From positions 320,001 through 384,000 of the forward strand of contig OZ219785.1 in assembly GCA_964291285.2 (NCBI GenBank): a stretch of DNA of 64,000 bases, given 5' to 3'. This document shows, in pieces, positions 61,110 to 64,000 of this stretch (its first letter is position 1; each line of letters opens with the position of its first letter). The stretch is from Alphaproteobacteria bacterium. Its GTDB lineage: Bacteria > Pseudomonadota > Alphaproteobacteria > Bin95. The notes below the pieces were generated by a model. The model ran no database searches. It was not told the origin of the DNA and saw nothing but the letters and a program-made list of their open reading frames with translations. Position numbers and translations under genes: made by a program.

Positions 61110-61514
61110 CTACCAGAAGGGCGTCTCGCTGACCGTGGAGACGTGGGCGGCCACGACCTTCCAGCCGAGGTCCGGGAAGCGCGCCCAGGTCTGGCTCTGC
61201 CGGCCGATGAGGTCCCGGCCACGCACCTTGAACTCCAGGTTGACCACCGCCCAGTCGCGCCCGAGGGTCAGGATTTCGAGCCGCCGGCGCGCTTCCTTGA
61301 TGCCCGGCCCCGACGGGCGGGCGACGCGGTGCGCGTGGATCTCGTCGAAGCCGTAGCCGTTCTCGTGCAGCGCATAGCGGATGGTGTGCGGGCTCTCCCA
61401 GAAGGTCGCGTCCAGCACATCGACATTCTTCGTCTCCAGCGCCGCTTCATAGGCCTCGAAGCGGGCGCGGACCTCCGCCACCACTTCCGGGATATTGGGC
61501 GTCATGTCGGTCAT
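61110..61514 (-). CDS. AtzH/HpxZ-like protein (DUF3225)
   Basis: PEVVAEV..F..YE.AL, FW.SP.TIRY, GRQSQTW..GWKVVAAHVS. Confidence 0.88.
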   Translation of the reverse strand: MTDMTPNIPEVVAEVRARFEAYEAALETKNVDVLDATFWESPHTIRYALHENGYGFDEIHAHRVARPSGPGIKEARRRLEILTLGRDWAVVNLEFKVRGRDLIGRQSQTWARFPDLGWKVVAAHVSTVSETPFW

Positions 61515-62683
61515 CGTTCCCTCTCCATAGCCCGCGCGAGCGCAACGAGACTGGCGTCGCTTCCGTGTCCGCCGACAATCGACAGCCCGACCGGCAGGCC
61601 ATCCACCGCCGCGCCCGGCAGGTTGACCTGCGGCACGCCGGTGAGGCCCCCATGGCTCGCCAGCACGGAAATGCGGGTCCTCAGCACTTCCTGTTCCGAG
61701 ATCGAAAGGCCCTTCGGCGGGCCGGGGAAGGGCGTGGTCGGCAGGCAGAGCACCGTACGCGGGGGCAGCAGGTGCACCAGCCGGGCCCGCGCCTCGGCCC
61801 GCAACATCGACGCCCAGAGCCGGTCCGCCTCCGCGATGTCCGCGCCGCGCACGAGGTTGCGGGCGACCGAATACGCCATGCGCGGATTGCGCCGGTCGAG
61901 CCAGTCGCGGAAGGTGAGCCAGGCCTCCCAGGGCTGGAGCGTGCGCTGCGCCTTCGCCCAGGCGGAGAGGCCGGGCGGCGCCATCGTCACCTCCTCCGAT
62001 GCGCCCGCGATCCGGCCGAGACGCTCAACCGCCGGCCGGAGCGCGTCGGCCACCTCCGCATCGGCGAAGCCGAAGGCATCGACGGCAACCAGCAGCCGGT
62101 CCGGCAGCGCCTCCGGAATCGCCTCCTGCAACAGCACGGCCGAGACGCGCGCGAAGGTCTCCGCGTCGCGGGCGAACCAGCCGGCCGTGTCGGAGGCCGG
62201 CGCCTGGGCCATCATGCCCCGGAGGTCGAGCCGGCCCCAGGTCGGGCGGATGCCGTAAAGCCCGCAGAAGCTCGACGGCACGCGGACCGAGCCGCCCGTG
62301 TCGGTGCCGAGCGCCGTGTCGCAGAGGCCCGAAGCGACCGCCGAGGCCGAACCCGAAGAAGAGCCGCCCGGCACCCGGTCCGGCGCCGCCGGGTTGAGGG
62401 GCGTGCCGTAGAAGGCGCTCTCGCCGAGAATGCCGAGCGAGACCTCGTCGGTGACCGTCTTGCCGACGAAGGCCGCACCGGCGTCCAGCAGCGCCTCGAC
62501 GGCCCAGGCGTGGTGTCCGGCGGGGGCATCGGCGCCCGGCCAGTCGGGGTTGCCGCCGCCCGTCGGCAGGCCGGCCACGTCGAACAGGTCCTTCGCGGCG
62601 AAGGTCAGCCCGTCCAGCGGCCCGCCGGCGCGGCCCTCGATCCGGCGCTCCGTGCCCGGAACGAAGGCGCCGCCGTCGGCCAC
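61511..62683 (-). CDS. Amidase (amidase signature family)
   Basis: AKDLFD, GKTVTDE, PGGSSSGSA, LGTDTGGSVRVP. Confidence 0.93.
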   Translation of the reverse strand: MADGGAFVPGTERRIEGRAGGPLDGLTFAAKDLFDVAGLPTGGGNPDWPGADAPAGHHAWAVEALLDAGAAFVGKTVTDEVSLGILGESAFYGTPLNPAAPDRVPGGSSSGSASAVASGLCDTALGTDTGGSVRVPSSFCGLYGIRPTWGRLDLRGMMAQAPASDTAGWFARDAETFARVSAVLLQEAIPEALPDRLLVAVDAFGFADAEVADALRPAVERLGRIAGASEEVTMAPPGLSAWAKAQRTLQPWEAWLTFRDWLDRRNPRMAYSVARNLVRGADIAEADRLWASMLRAEARARLVHLLPPRTVLCLPTTPFPGPPKGLSISEQEVLRTRISVLASHGGLTGVPQVNLPGAAVDGLPVGLSIVGGHGSDASLVALARAMERER

Positions 62684-62686
62684 CGG

Positions 62687-63070
62687 CTAATCCCGCTCGA
62701 TGAGCTGGTAGAGCACGCCGTGGCCGTCGGCCGGGTGGACGAACACCATGCCGGTCGCCTCGATGAGCCGCGCGCCGTTCTCCGCCATCTGCGTCTTCGC
62801 GGCCTCAAGGTCGTCCACGGCAAGCGCCACGAGGTGCAGCCCCTCGCCGTTCTTTTCGAGGCTGCGGGCAATCGCGCCGTCGCCGAGCGGCTCGGCGAGC
62901 TCGATGAAGCGCCCGGAGTCGCCGAGCGGCAGGATCGCGCGCCGGAGCCCCAGATCGGGCTCGTCCTCCGGCGGCGCCTCCGCCTTCAGCCCGAGCTTCG
63001 TTTCGTAGTCCTCGAGGCTCCGGTCGAGGTTCCGGACCCGAACGACGATATGGTCGATCCACTTGTGCAT
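62687..63070 (-). CDS. VOC / methylmalonyl-CoA epimerase-like protein
   Basis: IDHIVVRV, FIELAEP, GEGLHLVALAVDD, FVHP..HGVLYQL. Confidence 0.85.
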   Translation of the reverse strand: MHKWIDHIVVRVRNLDRSLEDYETKLGLKAEAPPEDEPDLGLRRAILPLGDSGRFIELAEPLGDGAIARSLEKNGEGLHLVALAVDDLEAAKTQMAENGARLIEATGMVFVHPADGHGVLYQLIERD

Positions 63071-63350
63071 GGCTTTCGCCTTCCTTACTCGCTGTTTTTC
63101 GCGCCGGCACCGGCGCCAAGATGGAATATTCCGCCCGCCCCGGCGGCCACCGCGAGGCGGGCGATGCGACAATCGGCACAGCCCGGCCCGCTTGAAGCGC
63201 GGCGGGCAGGCCGCTATATGGATGCCATAAATTTACTCCCGCGCCCATGACTGCATGGCCCGCGACGCCGTTTACGGCGGAACGGGACGGGAGACTTACA
63301 GTCGCGGACAGACGAATGGACCGCGAGGTTGAAGGAAGGAGAACCGCCCC

Positions 63351-63926
63351 ATGTCCGACCAGAAGCGCCTTTCCGGCATGACCGTCGCCGTGCTCGTCGC
63401 CAATGGCTTCGAGGAAATCGTCATGACCGACACCCAGAAGGCGCTGGCTGCCGAGGGCGCCGCGATCCGCATCGTCAGCCATGAGATCGGGCTGGCCAAC
63501 GGTTGGCATGAGGGGACCTGGGGTCACAATTTCTACATCGACACCCGCATTACGGACGCGCTGCCGAGCGACTTCGACGGCCTGCTGGTGCCGGGCGGGG
63601 AGCGCAGCATCGCCGCGCTCAGGGAGAACGCCCACGCCCGCCGCGTGGTCAAGGGCATGATGGAAGCAGGCAAACTCGTCGCCATTGTGGGCGACGCGGT
63701 GGAAATGCTGGTCGCGGCGGAAGCCGCGCGGGGCCGCAAGGTGACGGGCGCCGAGGCGTCGCGCGCCCGCGTCGAGGCGATGGGCGCCGTCTGGTCCGAG
63801 GCGCCGCTCACCGTCGATGGCAATCTGGTCAGCACCGCGAGCTCGGAAGAGCTGGAGGGGCTGATCGCCGCCGTGATCGACAGCCTTGTCGCCGCGCCGG
63901 AAGGCGAGCGCCAGCAGGCCGCCTGA
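63351..63926 (+). CDS. DJ-1/PfpI-family protein lacking the catalytic Cys
   Basis: VAVLVANGFEE, FDGLLVPGG, VDGNLVS; the nucleophile elbow reads AIVGDA. Confidence 0.85.
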   Translation: MSDQKRLSGMTVAVLVANGFEEIVMTDTQKALAAEGAAIRIVSHEIGLANGWHEGTWGHNFYIDTRITDALPSDFDGLLVPGGERSIAALRENAHARRVVKGMMEAGKLVAIVGDAVEMLVAAEAARGRKVTGAEASRARVEAMGAVWSEAPLTVDGNLVSTASSEELEGLIAAVIDSLVAAPEGERQQAA

Positions 63927-63961
63927 CGCCCGTTTCCCGGCAAACCGCCCGCCGCCGGGGG

Positions 63962-64000
63962 TCAGAACACGCCCGCTTCGAGCCCGGCGGCGAGCGTCAT
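63962..64000 (-). CDS. 3' end of an unidentified gene entering from the right edge
   Basis: Minus strand reads ..MTLAAGLEAGVF* ending at 63962; too short to assign. Confidence 0.35.
   Translation of the reverse strand: MTLAAGLEAGVF

Overview
High-GC (about 70% by eye) chromosomal window from an alphaproteobacterium, probably Rhodospirillales-like and marine. The lineage call rests on the atpHAGDC-priA-fsa-DUF484-xerC and degQ-rarA-crcB-rluC gene orders and on a DsyB-type methyltransferase. Core genes are groESL with CIRCE, heme A synthase, the F1 ATP synthase operon, priA, xerC and tRNA-Glu. Accessory genes include a probable dsyB (DMSP synthesis), nirK, a peptide-type ABC system, an imelysin/di-heme/DUF1513 iron cluster with a Fur-like box, three type II toxin-antitoxin pairs (two bracket the atp operon) and tandem ampG paralogues. 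Mobile DNA comprises a decayed IS1595, an ISAs1 whose transposase carries an N-terminal DUF4338 domain, and an IS1634 nested inside another IS1634 that splits a macrodomain gene. Signals not explained by the ORF track: (1) a SelW/Rdx-family gene at 41689-41910 with an in-frame CxxU TGA, a SECIS-like hairpin and a second in-frame stop (TAG) three codons later; (2) two inverted copies of a 520-600 bp largely non-coding element with 10-bp-phased CATGACA arrays and a variable small ORF; (3) a three-hairpin sRNA candidate with C-rich loops. All family assignments come from motif recognition by eye; no searches were run.
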